A stretch of DNA of 60,061 nt, from positions 1 to 60,061 of the forward strand of contig ADNK01000994.1 of assembly GCA_000320545.1 (NCBI GenBank). The letters are read 5' to 3'. The stretch is from Bigelowiella natans CCMP2755 (Eukaryota; Protista; Cercozoa). A program made the position numbers and the translations under genes. Within the stretch, counting starts at the first letter, position 1. The number at the start of each line of letters is the position of its first letter. Below are positions 37,352-51,790 of this stretch, one piece after another. The notes under the pieces were generated by a model that was not told where the DNA came from, made no database searches, and worked only from the letters and a program-made list of their open reading frames with translations.

Positions 37352-39452
37352 GCCACTATTACTGAACGATTTGTGCTGCCGCAGGCATTCGATGTGGCTG
37401 CCTTCCACGACGCGTTTCTGGAGCTAATCGAGGACGACATGTCCACGAACGGCAGCATTCCAGATGTGGTGCCGTTTTACCGTTATGGGAATCAGCCCGC
37501 AGACCCCAGCTGGAGCTCTGCATACGTCTTCATCCTCTACTCGCGCTACCACATAGCCGGCGACGTCCGCCCCTACGAGGAACACCGCGATGGCGTCAAG
37601 CTGTACTTGGAGAACATGCATCGTCAGTATGAGCGTCGTGGAGGATTCGGAGAGATGGAGCAGAGCGGGGTGGTAGTAGTAGTAGTAGTAGCAGTTGTTG
37701 TTGTTGTTGTTTTGTTGTTGCTCGGTGTTGTTGGATGGTGTTGTAGTGGTAGTAGTTGTGTAGTAGCACAGTAGTAGCAGTAGTAAGTAGTAGTAGCAGT
37801 AGTAGTAGTAGTGGCAGAGACCTTAAAAATTGTGACTCTGTACACAGAAAAAGTCTCTATGAGTGGATGAGTGCGTGCGTGTGTATGTGCGAGCGTTCGT
37901 GGATGAGGATGAGGATGGCGGTGATAATGTTGATGAGAGATATCGTATTGCTGATAATTTGACAGAAAGAATGGGGCACCTATGGTGAGTGGGTAGCAGC
38001 AGACAAGGAGCAACGTCCCAATGCGACGTACGGAAGACGATGAAGAAGAAGAAGAATAGACAGAACGACGATGATGATGATGATGACATTACTTGAGCAC
38101 TTTAGTACCCACGTAATTGGAGTGAGATCCATGTAATTCACAGCTGTCGCTTTCAACGTAAATAATGACTCGACCATGTGCTCACCAAATTCCTTTCTTC
38201 TTCCCCCCCCCCCCCCCCCCCTGTCTGCTGCCTATGCCATCGTCACCCGTTTTGCAAAGCTACGTGTCCGGATTCAACTGGATCTTGACCCTGCAGCAGG
38301 CCGCGGAGATGGCCGAGGCCGCCGGCGACACCCACCATTCCGCTCTCTATCGAAAGAACGCCTCGCGCATCAGCCGGGACTTCATCAACACGTACTACGA
38401 TCACTCGTCCCATACCTTCGGGCGTGGAGGCCAGACGGAGCTTAGTTTGGCGCTACGACTGAATCTTCTTGACAGCAAAGAGACTATGCGTGTCGGCGCG
38501 AGGCTGGCTGAGCGGCTGGAGAACGATGGCGGAGCTTGGGGAGTGGGTATGTTCGGTTTCAAGTATATCCTCCAGAGCCTTGTCAAGACAAAGCACGCAG
38601 GGGCGGCGTTTGACCTTCTGATGAACATGTCCGACCCCTCTCCGGGCTTCATGCTCAGCAATGATCTCGAGCCAGCGACGACGAATCTTTGGGAGATCTG
38701 GGACGCAATTGACCAAGGGGGCAATATGGACTCGAGGAACCACCACATGTAACATACAGCTGTTGTTTTTGGTTATTTGGTTTTCGGTTTTTGCCTGCGA
38801 TGTGTTCTTCCTCTGCCCGTTGCATGCCGCCGGGAGAAAATGCAATGACGATAATAATAATGATGATGATGATGATGATGATGAAATGACCATGGTGTTA
38901 CTTTTTGGCAGGTACTCTACGATCGCAACGTTCCTATTCGAGCTAGCAGGCGTGGAAGGGAATCAAGAACCAGGCCTCGGCTACTCCCAGAAGACTCCGC
39001 TACGTCTGGTCGTAGGCGGCGTTAGCACGAACATCTCCTCGGCATGCTCCAAGACGAAGACGGGGAGAGGGCCGTTTGAATTCTGTTGGGAGGTGAAGAA
39101 AGAAGGAATGATGACAGAAAAGCAGCAGCGATTATCCGCTGCCTCCTCCTCCTCCTCCTCCTCAGCATTGACGTCGTTCAATGTGGCGTTGTCCCTTGGG
39201 ATCTACAGCAATGTTACGGTGCCACTCGTCGGTAGGTCTAGCCTATTCACTCGCAAGGGAGTTCATGTGAAGATTGAAGAGAGCGGGAAGGAAATCTTCG
39301 AGGGGACACTCCATAGGCACACAGCTGAGCTTTCTCACAAGCCTGTGGCTGGCCTGCACCGACTCGCGTATGACCCGCAATCAAACAGTCTTGAATTCCT
39401 ACTATCTTCCGGGAAATTCGATTTCCAAGTGCTTGCAGGGACGGTGTCCTGA
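33753..39452 (+). CDS. Secreted alpha-L-rhamnosidase (glycoside hydrolase family 78), many exons
   Basis: Signal peptide MLFLPLLLTAHVAQA; YDGETYDAR; VIDFEKNRAG; SVPTDCPQRDERLGWMGDA; ADPSWSSAY; PATTNLWEIW...MDSRNHHM, all Bac_rhamnosid motifs. Confidence 0.95.
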
Positions 39453-39625
39453 TTTGAAAGACGGCAGTTCCATGAGCATCACTGAGTTGCGTAGATCGTG
39501 CGCGACAAACTCTCGATTGACGAGACTCTCTACCGGGAGCAGCACATCCAGCAATCTCTCTTGAAAAACATTTTGGTTGTCAGGACGAACAGCAACTTCA
39601 CGTGTCATCATTACGCCTCTTTGCA

Positions 39626-39800
39626 AGACGGATATGGTGAATCAAATTTGTTCAATTATCATCATGTAGCTGTGCAATGCTAGAATGCAGCAGCTACAGC
39701 GCTGATGTTGAATATGTTGGTCTCCGCTGTGATGTGCTTCAAGCAATCAAATGCATGTTATTTCGGTCTTGAATGGCGCGCATTTCGCGCGCAGCAGCGC
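39626..39800 (+). repeat. Copy of the dispersed repeat family
   Basis: AGACGGATATG...ATGTAGCTGTGCAATG...GCTACAGCGCTGATGTTG...ATGGCGCGCATTTCGCGCG aligns with 23891-24055. Confidence 0.8.
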
Positions 39801-40427
39801 GTGTTCCTTTTCTTCGCTCAGTGCGATGCCTTTTGCCAAAATTGCTCAGTCAGGTTGCGCGATGCATGCTAGCATGGTGGCCGTTTTCGCAGATTGCTGC
39901 TGTGCGTCGCATCGTATCAAAGACGTCTAGACGCATGATGCCCCACATTTCATTTCCCCACCAATGGGTGGTAGCATATGCAACAACACAGCAGATGAGC
40001 ACAAAGGACGATGCGATCGACGTCGTGCGACACAACACAAGAATATGCCGCATTGCAGCACAAAATGCACAGTGCAGCAATCACTGTTGCTGCACAAAGT
40101 GCATGCACAGGTTGAAGCGTCGAGTAGATGTACTTGCTCATCGTATATCAGAACGTTACATTTGACATGCATTCTTCGCAGCAAAGACGGAGAAAGTAGC
40201 CGACTCACGAATACGATCCACGAATCACCTGCAGATGTATGCACGGAAACGTGAGACAGGTGTTGTTTTTCACCATATGCAACATATGTCCATATAACCT
40301 GGGATGTCTCACTCATCCGCGTTTACTTTTATTTCATATAATGGACAGAACAATTTTGGACGGGAGGCCGCCGTTACGCTCTCTCATCGAAATCTCCCAA
40401 AAAAGATTCTCAAAACTGACGAATTTT

Positions 40428-41700
40428 TCACTGCGACAGTGCCTGGACTAGCAGGCAAGCTGCTCGCCAGAGAAGCATCAGCAGCATTCGCTGTCGCCCC
40501 CAACATTATTTCATAACTCTTGGAAATTACTCGCGTCATATTCTTTCGAAAACGGGCAAGTTGGTTGCAGGAATGTGCACATGATCAATAAGAGTGATGA
40601 GGCCCAGAAGAATACCTTCAATGCTTGCTCGTTGACCAGGAAGAAGACTACCGTCCATGCAACCTTCCTTATCCTATGGAAAGTAGATCATATCATGAGG
40701 AGAAATCGCATTTCGTTGCTGATTCTCTTCCTCTCTCACTCTCATCTCGCTCCGCACTCCAAAAATCAAGGTGGTTCAGCTTGAGGGGGAGAAGTGCGAG
40801 GGGGGCGGCACCAAAAAGGGGGAAACCAAAAGATGATATTTGTCGTGCCGCAGAGCTATATAGACCCCCGTTGTTCTCCGGCACATTCAGGTAATTTCCC
40901 AAGTTCATGGCTAGATCTCGTAATACACATGTTTGCATGCAGTCACAGTGATTAATACGCGAGCGGCCAGAATCCTTTGTATAAAGAGCCAATGCCCTCC
41001 TTCTTCGGCATGTTGATAAAGCAGTCGATCACACCTGTATGTTTGTGTGCGTGGTGTGTCCATGTGCGCAGGAGAGTAGACGTGCATCGCTGTGGGTAAC
41101 ACGCGAGAATATGATACGCTAGCATCAATAGCTAACCGCACCGACGCTGTTTTGCAATACTCTCTCGCGCGCTGCAGGTTACAGCTTGTATCACATATTT
41201 CTTGGAGGAAATTTAAAAAATAACAGGAACATGTCTTCGAAGCCTGAGCCTCGTCTATCGCTTAGTCAATCGGCCGAGCATAAACGTCCCAAAATTATCA
41301 CAACCATCATCATCATCATCATCATTCGTATCATCATCATCGTTGGGAGAGACCTTTATATTGAATGGCGCCCTTGTTCCCTCCGGCAGCGTTCATAAGG
41401 CGCGTCTTTACGACATCGACAGGCGTGGAAAACAGCGCGGACACAACCCCCGCCCCTCTGTGTGAAGCAAAGCAACAACGGCGTACGATTTACTGGTTGG
41501 TGGCGCTGGCGAATCATCGATCGGATAGCATCGTTTCAGTAATAATATATAACGGCGTTTTGACCGTCACGCGTGCTTATCTCCGATTTGATGGACTCAA
41601 GAATGAAATCGTATGTTATTTCGCACACACATACACACACGCGTGCGCGCGCACATAAAAAATAAAATATTTATATATTCATATATCTAAAATATCATTA

Positions 41701-41775
<75 letters not shown>

Positions 41776-42476
41776 AAAAGCATTCCTCCAGTCTCCCATG
41801 GGTGAATTCTATCCTCACGCATGAGATGATCCGAATTTTGTCAACTATCGTTAGCGTTCTTCTTTCCTCCTCACCCGGATGCTGCGAAGTGGGCGAGAGG
41901 GCCGTCGGAGACCCATCCCTTCGCTATGATCGTCGTTTTAAACTGATCGTAGCAGCCAATCTCGCACGCGTTTCCGATGAAACACCGAGCGATGTTCGGC
42001 TGCGCCCCCCTCCAAAAGCCTTTCAATCCCTCCTGTTGCCACACCTGAGGAGGAAGAGGGGGAAGAGGAGGAGCAGGAGGATACCCCCGGCCAACACAAC
42101 ACACACACACACACACACACACACATCATACCTATCATATGCCTTTTATCCGCCCCATCTTAGCCATTATTATTATTATCAATCTTATTATTATCATCAT
42201 CAACTTCTTCCCGTAGGTCATCATATGTAGAAGACAGCCACGCAATTTCACCGCACCTGCCTAGTTACTCCCGTCATCGTTTTCGAATCAGCAGCAGCCT
42301 GCATTTGCGTCTTGACAACATCGGTGGGGTTCATTACGAAGATCGAGGAGCCTCCAGCGATCCCGCCCGCCATCACGCGCTTCCAGAAGGGGATATCCTC
42401 CTTCTTGACCCCCTTTCCTGCTACAAAATTTCTTACGGGCTCATAAAGGACGAACGACAACCCCGTGTATGATACC

Positions 42477-42519
<43 letters not shown>

Positions 42520-42948
42520 GCCTAATATCTCCACCCCCCTCCCAAGAACCATCGTATCGATCCCAGAAGAGTGAGGAGTACCATCTCTTCTTTTAACAGA
42601 TAACAACAATTCGTTGCATATCAGGCCAATTTTGTGGGGGAATCATGGAAAAACGCAGCAGTTGTTTCACATGAGCAGCCCTACTTGGCGAGTCAGGGCC
42701 GGCCCGATTCCCTTCCATAGCGCAAAGAAACCCTCGTCGCAGCTTACGCGAAACATCGCGTGCAGCATGCCGTTGTACCGCATAACAGGGCGGCCGTCCA
42801 CCAGCAATGGCGTCTGCGTCTGAAGCCGAACTTTGGAGATGTCAACTGGCAAAGTTGAGATCTCAGCAGCCGCCGCTCCAACCCCCGCCCCCAGGAATCT
42901 CTGTATTGCGGCCTTCCTCTTATCCTTCCCAGAGTTGGTCGTTGGCAT
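40428..42948 (-). CDS. Mitochondrial carrier (SLC25), uncoupling-protein-like subfamily
   Basis: Three Px[D/E]xx[K/R]x[K/R] repeats (LPVDISKVRLQ, NPTDVVKTQMQ, TPVDVVKTRLMN), plus EGFFALWKGIGPALTRQ, EGLKGFWRGAQPNIAR...CEIGCYDQFK, EGIGSLYKGFWP and IRKVAWTVVFFLVNEQ. Confidence 0.95.
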
Positions 42949-43729
42949 TGCGCTTCTTCTTCTTCTTCTTCTTCTTCTTCTTCTTCGTCTTCTTTTTATT
43001 CTTCTTGGGGTTGTGTTCCTTCTGAAGGGGATCAGGAAAGGGAGGGGTAGTTTCGTCATGAATAGGTGGAGGGAGGGGGAAAGCGGGCAAATCGTCGTCA
43101 TTGCAGGGATTGAGTGCGCACGCGATAAGAGACTATGTTCCCAGATACAGATTGAACATTCATGTCGCATTAGAAATCCTCTCAGCTACGATGCAGCCGC
43201 CATCCCGACAAAAGAGATCGTAGTAGAGTGGGAAGTTGACACGTTGCTGTAATCTCCAATCATCATGAAAGGTCCAATTCTGTCGCTACTGCCCCCCCCC
43301 CACCCTCACCCGATCCCAAGCTCAGGCTAACCCTGAGCAGGCCGTTGTGAGATTCTGAGCGACCAGGTGAAAACGCCGGGATTTCTGATTCCTCATATTT
43401 TTATTGTCGCACCTCCGGAATTCGTTCTGTTTCTTCGAGGAAGATACGACCCGAAAATCAAACGTGGGGTGTCCTCGAAAACACAGAGGATCTTCACCTC
43501 TGCGACACGAATTTTATGCGTTTTTCTCCCGCACTTCGCCCGCGCTGCGTCCGACGCGTCAGAACCGGATTGAAAATCGGTCTGATTTGGCACAAACAGA
43601 GAGAAAGATTTGATTCTAAGCAAAAAACGGTTGGAGTTTCAATGCTGCGGCAAACTGTATATGTCTGTCGTAGCATAGAAACTTAGGTGATTTTTTTACT
43701 AAAACTATCCAAAACCCAACTCGAACACA

Positions 43730-45183
43730 ATGGAGCCTGCTGATTCGAAGCCACTTGTTGCAGTGCTAGCGAATGGAGGGTAAAAATGGCAGGGGGAGGT
43801 GGGATGGGGAGGGAAAATACGATGTCGGGGACGAATCATATAAGCAGAATACGCGCTGTTTATTTAAGCTTCATCTGCCCATCCACTCCCAGGCTGCCGT
43901 TCGGGGCGAGGGAGCTTTGGGAGAGGCAGTTCGAGCTTGTGAGCATGGAGACCGCGCTCAAGGAAGAAAACGGGACAATTCGAAGCAAAATCGTTGGGAT
44001 CGTAAACTTCGGACACAACAAGGTGATCACCGTTTTCATCTAGACTCCCACGGCCGTATTGAACCTTGTCACAACAACGCGTGCGGGTCGGAACTTTTCG
44101 CACTTGCAAACTGACTCGCTTACCGACAACAAGATCGACGAGAAGCTGTGCTCTAAGCTGCCCAGCCTGAAGGTGGTATCGAACATTGGTGCGGGCGTCG
44201 ACCATATCGCCGTTGAGGAGCTACGTCGAGCGGGAATCAATGTAGGCCACACGCCAGGTTCTTCTTTTTATGACGACATTAACTTCGATGTGACAACTGT
44301 AAAATCCATCACCCTTCCCCCATTCAATCAGGCATCCTAAGCGAAACAACGGCCGAGCTTGCATTCGCACTGATGATAGCCTCATGCAGGAGGCTGGCAC
44401 AGGTAGAAGGCCGGAAGTTTGCTTTGCTTCATATTCATCATCCATATCTTTCGTGTACATATATACATCTGCCGCTGCATCCATCAGGCGCATATATTTT
44501 GTGGAAGTAAAAACGATAGCTCCGCTGGCAGGGATATTCATGGCTTTATGGGACAGGTGCTTTCTTTGAAATGACTCTCGATGATCCAGTACACTTCTGA
44601 CAACGGCCTGCACCCCCCGCCTCCCTTCTCCAACATCAATATTACTACCAGGACTTGGCCGGGAAAACCGTTGGCATCGTTGGTATGGGCTCTATAGGAA
44701 AAGAAATTGCCAAGCGATGCAGCGCCTTCGACATGGATATACTGTACGTGTTTCTAAGTACTCCTGGCTAAGCTGTTTTCTGCCGTCCCGGTGTCCTCCT
44801 CATCCTCATCGTCATTATCATCGTCGTCGTCTTTGTGTGCTTTGCTTCCCCTCCTCTCATCACAACAGATACTATAACCGATCGCAACTTGCAGCAGAGG
44901 AAGAGAAAGAGGCTGGGAGTGCATCGTAAGTGATCGCTAACGATTTTGTTTCGCACATCGCTCTCCTCCGTCCTCCTCGCCCTTTCATCATGCTCGTCGT
45001 CGTCGTCGTCGTCGTCGTCATTTTCTCGTCGTTTTCCTTTATATTACCAAGATACTGCAAGAACCTGGAATCCTGCTTGAAGAGGGCCGACTTCCTGTTT
45101 CTGGTTGTGAAGCATTGCAGATGCTAAGCATGCTTATTCGATGACGTAGCGATAGTGTGCTATATACAAGCAAAATATACTAG

Positions 45184-45251
<68 letters not shown>

Positions 45252-45427
45252 TATCATCATACATACATACTGTTGCATCAGGTTGTTCCGTTGAATCCTA
45301 AGACGAAGGGGCTGATTTCCTCGAAGCAGCTAGCAATGATGAAGCCCACGTAGCGTGATTGACTCAATTTTATGTTTCATGTAGTGTATAGTGTACGGGA
45401 TGCGTTTATAATCGCCTTTATTGCCTA

Positions 45428-45477
<50 letters not shown>

Positions 45478-45963
45478 TTTATACATATTTTATACATATT
45501 TGTGTGCGTGTGTATGTGTGTGTAGGGAGGGTGGGAGTGCGTGCCTGACAACGTGCATGCGTATAAATTGAATCGATCGCCAAAATAATGACCGAAGGAC
45601 CAAAACTTACAGTAGTGCGTAAATGTATATCTCAGGGCACATCTGATCAACATCGCACGTGGAGAGGTTACTTCATCCGCATGTTTTCCGTCAGATTTTG
45701 TTCCCATTTCCTAGCCCCCCCTCTGCCCCTCCTACATGGCGGTGACATGGCGTGGTGGAGGTGGGAGGGGGGGGCTCTTCTGACAACATAGCATCTCAGG
45801 TGGTGGATACGGACGATCTGACTTCTGCCCTTCAGAAGGGCGAAATCTCTGCAGCAGCCCTTGTGCGTAGTATTCGCACCCTCATTGTGCTAGCGTACAT
45901 ACACTTGCTAGCGGGGAGGTTTTGATGCAATGCTGGTCACATGTTTATTTACATAAATGTTAC

Positions 45964-46004
<41 letters not shown>

Positions 46005-46603
46005 TATTCATTATTTATAAACAAATACGAATTTCTCGTTCAGGACGTGACGGCACCTGAGCCGTTGCCAGAAGACCACAAGCTGCGATCGATGGAGAAC
46101 GTTATCCTCACACCGCACATAGGCTCCGCGACTTTGGAATGCAGATTGAGGTCGGCAGTTACTGGGACTTGTTTGGAGTTTCCCGCTCTCTCTAACCGGT
46201 TCACATAGATCCAACATGCGTCCCTCCTTCCCCCCACCCTCCTCCCACATTTTGCTAGGATGGCTTGGATGGCACTTGACAATCTAATGGCCGCAGTTAA
46301 GGGTAAGCTCTGCGCGTTTGAGATGTCATTAAATAAAGGCTGCTGAGAATCAGCGTTTCTCTGGGTTGAAAACGGCCCTCCGCACATCTTACCTAAAAAC
46401 AACCATAAATCGTGAACTTGCATTCTAATCGGATGCGCTGCACTCGCGTGGACGCGTGCGCATTCCTTTTTTGTCTGCTGTTCTCAGGCCAAGCGATGGT
46501 GCGAACGCCAGGAACCTGGCCAGAAAAGTCTGAAGTACAGAAGCTGAACAGAGAGTACCGGCAGAAAGTGGCAAACGCAAACATCGACTTCAATAAGAAA
46601 TAA
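43730..46603 (+). CDS. D-isomer-specific 2-hydroxyacid dehydrogenase (glyoxylate/hydroxypyruvate reductase-like)
   Basis: [14 protein letters not shown]...VGHTPG|[36 protein letters not shown] (Rossmann), [16 protein letters not shown]...[12 protein letters not shown]. Confidence 0.95.
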
Positions 46604-47599
46604 GCAAAGAGATGCCTGCTGATCGACCTTCTTCGTAGAAGCGTTGTACCATGATGTATAAACGTACTAGCGTAGCGGCAGCAATCTTGCAACACTCTTA
46701 TGCATTGCGACAATGTCTGCGCGGCTGTCCATGCATTAGGCTAGATTGTCGAAATAAGTAACACATGCAAACATGGAAAATAAATAAAGAGAACAGCAAG
46801 CTCCACTTAGCATCGCATACAAGCGATCGCTCGGCAACAAGCTTATAGTACAGTATCAGTACTACATAAATGCATGATAAAGAGATCACAACATAATTGG
46901 TTCAACATTAACATTGAGATATGTGCAGAGTGTATGAGAGTACGCAAATGAAGAAGCTACATGCATATCGCAGTGTGCAACAGTAGTCACATACATCGCA
47001 TATGATTTAATAAGGCGCGCTTGTTAGCTGTCGTGCAACATGGCTACCCAATCATGGCCCTGCATACATTGATGTAGAACAATACATATAGAGTTTCGTA
47101 ATAAATTGAATTTCAAGCACAGCTAATAGCTGATAATAATGACTGCTCATGCTCAATCGCCGTTTTTTTCTCACATCACGCAGAATTCACCCAAGTACGG
47201 AGGGGAGGGGGGGGAGAAGGCTACAGGAAGCATGTTATAAGATAAGAATAGTAAAAAATAAGCGAGACGACGCTCACAAGGGTAGTGCTGGTAGAGGCCT
47301 TTACTTTGGAAAATGATAATATATACATACGCAGCGAGCGAAAACACCAAGAAAGAAGAAGAAGGAGAACCAACTCCCAAAGCAGATGAAGGATAAGAAA
47401 ACAAAAGTAAGTATTGAAAAGCGCGCTATAGTTTCCCTTCGCGCTCCTAGAGACTTCTGAGGGGGGAGGGATCTCACAGATGAGACGGGTATTTGGCTGC
47501 TGCTGCTTCTGCCGTGGTTAATTCATGTCATCAATGTCTATAAATATAAATAAACATATATATATATATATATATATATTTATAAGTTTTATATTAATA

Positions 47600-49900
47600 T
47601 ATGAGAAATCTAACTTTCTCTTCCTTAAGTCAAAAGTGCCGTGTCGGCGGGACGTTTTTCGTCTTCTCTATTCGAGCGAGCGATGACGGTTCTGATCTGC
47701 CTTTCTGCTGTTCATCGTCAGTAATCACTCGGCTCCTCAACCAATCATCGATCGGATATCAATCCGTCAAAATCAATCCTTCAGCTTCGATTCCGCCGAC
47801 TCAGAAATAGCATATGCCACGGGCCGGAGGGGCACTCCCGTTGGGGTGTTCACCCGCCCCTCATGAGGTGATCGGTGAGGGGTCGCCGGTTGGTGATTGT
47901 CGTAGCGGAAGCCAGTTGGCCTTCACAGGGGAGAGACGGAAAGTAAACGCAGAGAGAAAACAAATAGGAAGAAGGAAATATCGTAGAACCAATCGGTCAG
48001 CAAACAACCAAAAACAGCAAAGCTAAACATGTTGGGGCTCTCTCTCTCTGTCTCTCTCTTCCTCTATTCTTACTATCCTCAACTCATCTTTGGCTATATC
48101 ATTTTGCTTTATGTTGTCGCGTTGATTGAGTGGGCTCTTACGTCTTAGCAGGGTCGCCATAGCTAGGACAGAAGTAGAGTAAGGGCGGAGGAAGAAGAGG
48201 AGACAGCGAGCATTAAATGCACAAACATGAGAAACACAGAGAGATATGGGTTAAACGTTCAAGGAAAGAAAAAACAACAACATCTAGATGGGCAGGAAGG
48301 GGGGGGGAGGGGGGAAACTCACTCTCCAAATTCGGCAGCAGCCTGGGGGGACTGAGCGAAATGTCGTTGTTCTCTTCGGTACAGCGTCTTGGCTGATGGA
48401 TAGATGTTGGAATTATTCTTAAATGCAAGCTGCGCAGCCTAATCATGGTTATGATACCTCCAGCAGCCTGCATAATTCTGAGAAGTTCGGTCGCGGACAC
48501 GTCCTCAAATCCATCCCCGCTCAAAGTAGTAGTGGCTAAAGAACCAAGTGGATTCCCGTCGTTATTTTCCATCACCAACATAGATGGATCCAACAGCGGG
48601 TTACTCATGCCCTCGGGCTGAGCAGCAGCGCCGCCCTCCTCTAAATTCAGGCTGTAAGCGTACGTGATAGCAAACAAGAAAAATGATTAGGAAGCGATAT
48701 TTGCAACCATTTTCAAAGCTAATGAGAACAAAGGTAGCTTTGGTTGCAATAATTCTGGTATTCTAAGGTATCCGTTCATGTTTGGAAATATATATATATA
48801 AATATATATATATATTATCTGTAATATTTATGAAATATATATACATTGGACAAGCAAGAGGCTTAAAAATACTCATTTTATACTCCTGGTTGAATACACT
48901 TTTCTTTCCACCACCTTGCGAACGCTGTAAATACATTGGGAGACTGGACCTTATTACGGCCACCTGTTTCATTCGAAAGACGCAGAGGAGGAAAAATGAA
49001 CGAAAAGCGTTGAGAAATCAGCCATCTCATGACAGATTTTAAGTTGATACTATTGCTTTGAGTTGTACTACCACTCATTCTTCGTTGGATTTCGAGTGCT
49101 TGCTGAATCTCCTCCGTCGTTTGTGGCCCGTGCATTGGGCTACGCAGGGGACTCTTGGCGCTTTCCGCTGGAACTTGAAGGGAAGTAGGCCTCCAGCGGT
49201 CGTTAGGTCTACTTTATATTCAAAAAGTAAAAGGAGAAAAAAATCATCGGTAAAGAGTCCTCATTCGTAACATGAGGTTAGCTTGCTTCCAAAAATGAGA
49301 GGAAAGAAGAGTAGACCTGTTGTTTCGACGACTGGGAGAGCTTCCGCCTGACTCAAGATCCAATCGTTCGGCCGATGGACGAAAATGATTTCCTTTCATT
49401 CTTTTTTCTTTTTCTTCTTTTTCACGATTCATAGTCTATAAATGAATGATATGTTGATTCAATGATGTGTTAAATTAGGTGTTCGTTCTCTGTACGGAAC
49501 CAACCATAAAAGAGATGTTGATAATGTTTTCACCCTACAAACCCTAGCGTCCCCCGTACGCGGTGGGCGAGACTGTGGATATGGTTGGTGTTTTAAGGTG
49601 CTGCCTTGCCTTTCTTCTGGCGCAAGTTCGGGTCATCTCACAACCTATGCGGTGGTAGTCTGGTGTTTGGTGTTGTTTGGTGGCAATTGAGCTCGAGGTG
49701 TGGGTATTTGTTTTCCTTTCTCGTTTCAAAAAAATGAAACAAATTAAAAAAATGCTTGCAAATCAAAGTGTAAGACATCCTTACCTGGGATGTTATCAAA
49801 ATAATCACAACCCATTCAGTATCCCGCCAAGTTACGGGGATAGTGAGTTAGGCTGACTCTCCGGTACGAAGAACAGAAAATTCGTCATCCAAATTCTTCT
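47600..49900 (-). CDS. Multi-exon low-complexity hypothetical protein (boundaries approximate)
   Basis: Minus-strand AG/GT-bounded blocks: PNDRWRPTSLQVPAESAKSPLRSPMHGPQTTEEIQQALEIQRRMS|GGRNKVQSPNVFTAFA|LNLEEGGAAAQPEGMSNPLLDPSML... Confidence 0.5.
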
Positions 49901-50336
49901 TTAATTCTCATGTCTCACTGAGTGATTACCCTGCATTCACGTCACAGACCTTCGATGGAACATCACGGAAATTTCTTCCCCCGATGCAGTATTTGTAACG
50001 AAGTACCACATTTGATGATAACGACAATAAGTTGCACCATAATATCTGTAAAAATACAACCGAATCACTATTTATAGTTGTTCTTGCAGCAGGTGATACT
50101 CGATTCAGTAATAGGAAGTGGAAGGGGAAGAAGAAACGGCTACACAGGGTGAGCCATATCCGAAAAGCGACATCAACATTCGGATATCGCAGATTTTTTT
50201 AATTGGGGAAAAGCATTAGAGGTATCTCGAACCAGAATGGAGGCTATTTTCACCTGGTCTTTGAAGAAATCCTTGTCGCATGTTTCGCGTAGGATTCAGA
50301 AAATCAGCCTCCGCCCAACACCAAAAAATTACATCA

Positions 50337-51577
50337 TGGCGGAAGGTCGGCCTTCTTCAGCGCCACGAAAAAACTGCATTCTCCTTTTGAATGCATGAGA
50401 GAACTATTCAAACGAAAGAATTTTATAATTCACGGCAGTGAAGCATGCAGTCTAGAATCAATATGAAGAAAGTTTTTACTATTGAATCTAATTCGGTGCT
50501 GTTTTTCGGGCTATGCGCTGTACGTCTGTGCGTTTGTGTAGGTGTGTAGGTGTGTAGGTGTGTAGGTGAGTAGGATCTTAGGAGCGTAGAAGCGTAGGTG
50601 TAGGTGTAGGTGTGTGGGTGAAGCTGTGTTGCCAAAAAATTAAGATTATATTAAATAGTAACGTGTTCTTTTGGAGGGAAGCATGCACATCTGTTATCAA
50701 TTATCAACAATCCCATAATGTGTGTGTGTGTGTGTGTATGTATGATTGGCGTAGGTTCGAGCAAGGAGGAAACATGTCTTTTTGTAGTTCGAATCTTAGG
50801 AATTCTAGTTGGATGCACACTGGTAGGGTACGGAATAGCGATGCTCTTCGTTGGATCTGCACAAAGTAACGAACCATATAAGTGTTCTCTGACATAAACT
50901 GATTCATATTTTTGAATCACAGATATTAGAGGCTACATTGCCAACGTGTACCTGGCATGCTTTGGTATCCTCATCATACTCGCCGAGGTCCGAATGGATT
51001 TTCTAGTCGCCTACTTCAAGTTCTTACGCAACGGCTTTGGACTAGGTCATATCTCACTATTGAGCTGAATTTGCGGCAACCTACGTCTAACCATTGTTCA
51101 CATCTCGCTTTGGCGAAAATTAAAACGTTACAGATATATCCTATTCTCCATGAAGATATCGCATGAATGAAGTCTGACGGTGTTTCTCAACGTCGTGTGC
51201 TACGATGTGTGCCTGACATCTTGAATTACTCTTTGGTGCCAGGGGGATTCTACATATTTGTCGGATTCATGGCGTTATCTTCTGACTGGTGGTGCTACAT
51301 AATCTGTAAGTGCCCCACGATCATATGAACTCCAATACCGCTACCTTTAACACCAATACTGCCGCGACACCGCCCACTCTGCAAACGAGACTAGATGCAT
51401 TGAGGAGACTAATGCCCTTTGCATTCTCTTTTTGCTCACTATCTCTTAGTGGCAGTCTGTTGCACGGTCGGCGTCATGTATTGTGGATCTGCGTGCGTGT
51501 GCAAGGATCCGCTAGATGAGGAAGGAGTAAAGGGTGAAGCCAATGACCCGCCAGCCATGCGATCTCCAGTCGCGTGA
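50337..51577 (+). CDS. COPI-associated / TVP15-like small Golgi membrane protein
   Basis: DIRGYIANVYLACFGILIILAEVRMDFLVAYFKFLRNGFGL|GGFYIFVGFMALSSDWWCYII|LAVCCTVGVMY...SPVA* fits the Y..FG....E...F.FL....G.G.FYIF.G pattern. 5' exons uncertain. Confidence 0.8.
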
Positions 51578-51715
51578 GAAACCGCTCAAGTGCAGAAATT
51601 CACAGCTTCAGAAGAAATTTCCATGTTGCAATCATGACAGTGTACACAGCATTTGCACTGTGCATCACATGTACAGTGTTCACCGTGTCTGTTGTGGTTT
51701 AGTGGAAGTGATATA

Positions 51716-51790
51716 GGCACGGATGTGACAGTAAGATTAGATGTTTTCAATAGTCATCCTAATGTAGCTATGCAGAGCAGCGACTCTCCT
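51716..51790 (+). repeat. Diverged copy of the dispersed repeat family
   Basis: ACGGATGTGACA...TTTTCAATAGTCATCCTAATGTAGCTATGCA aligns with the 23721 and 23888 copies. Confidence 0.7.
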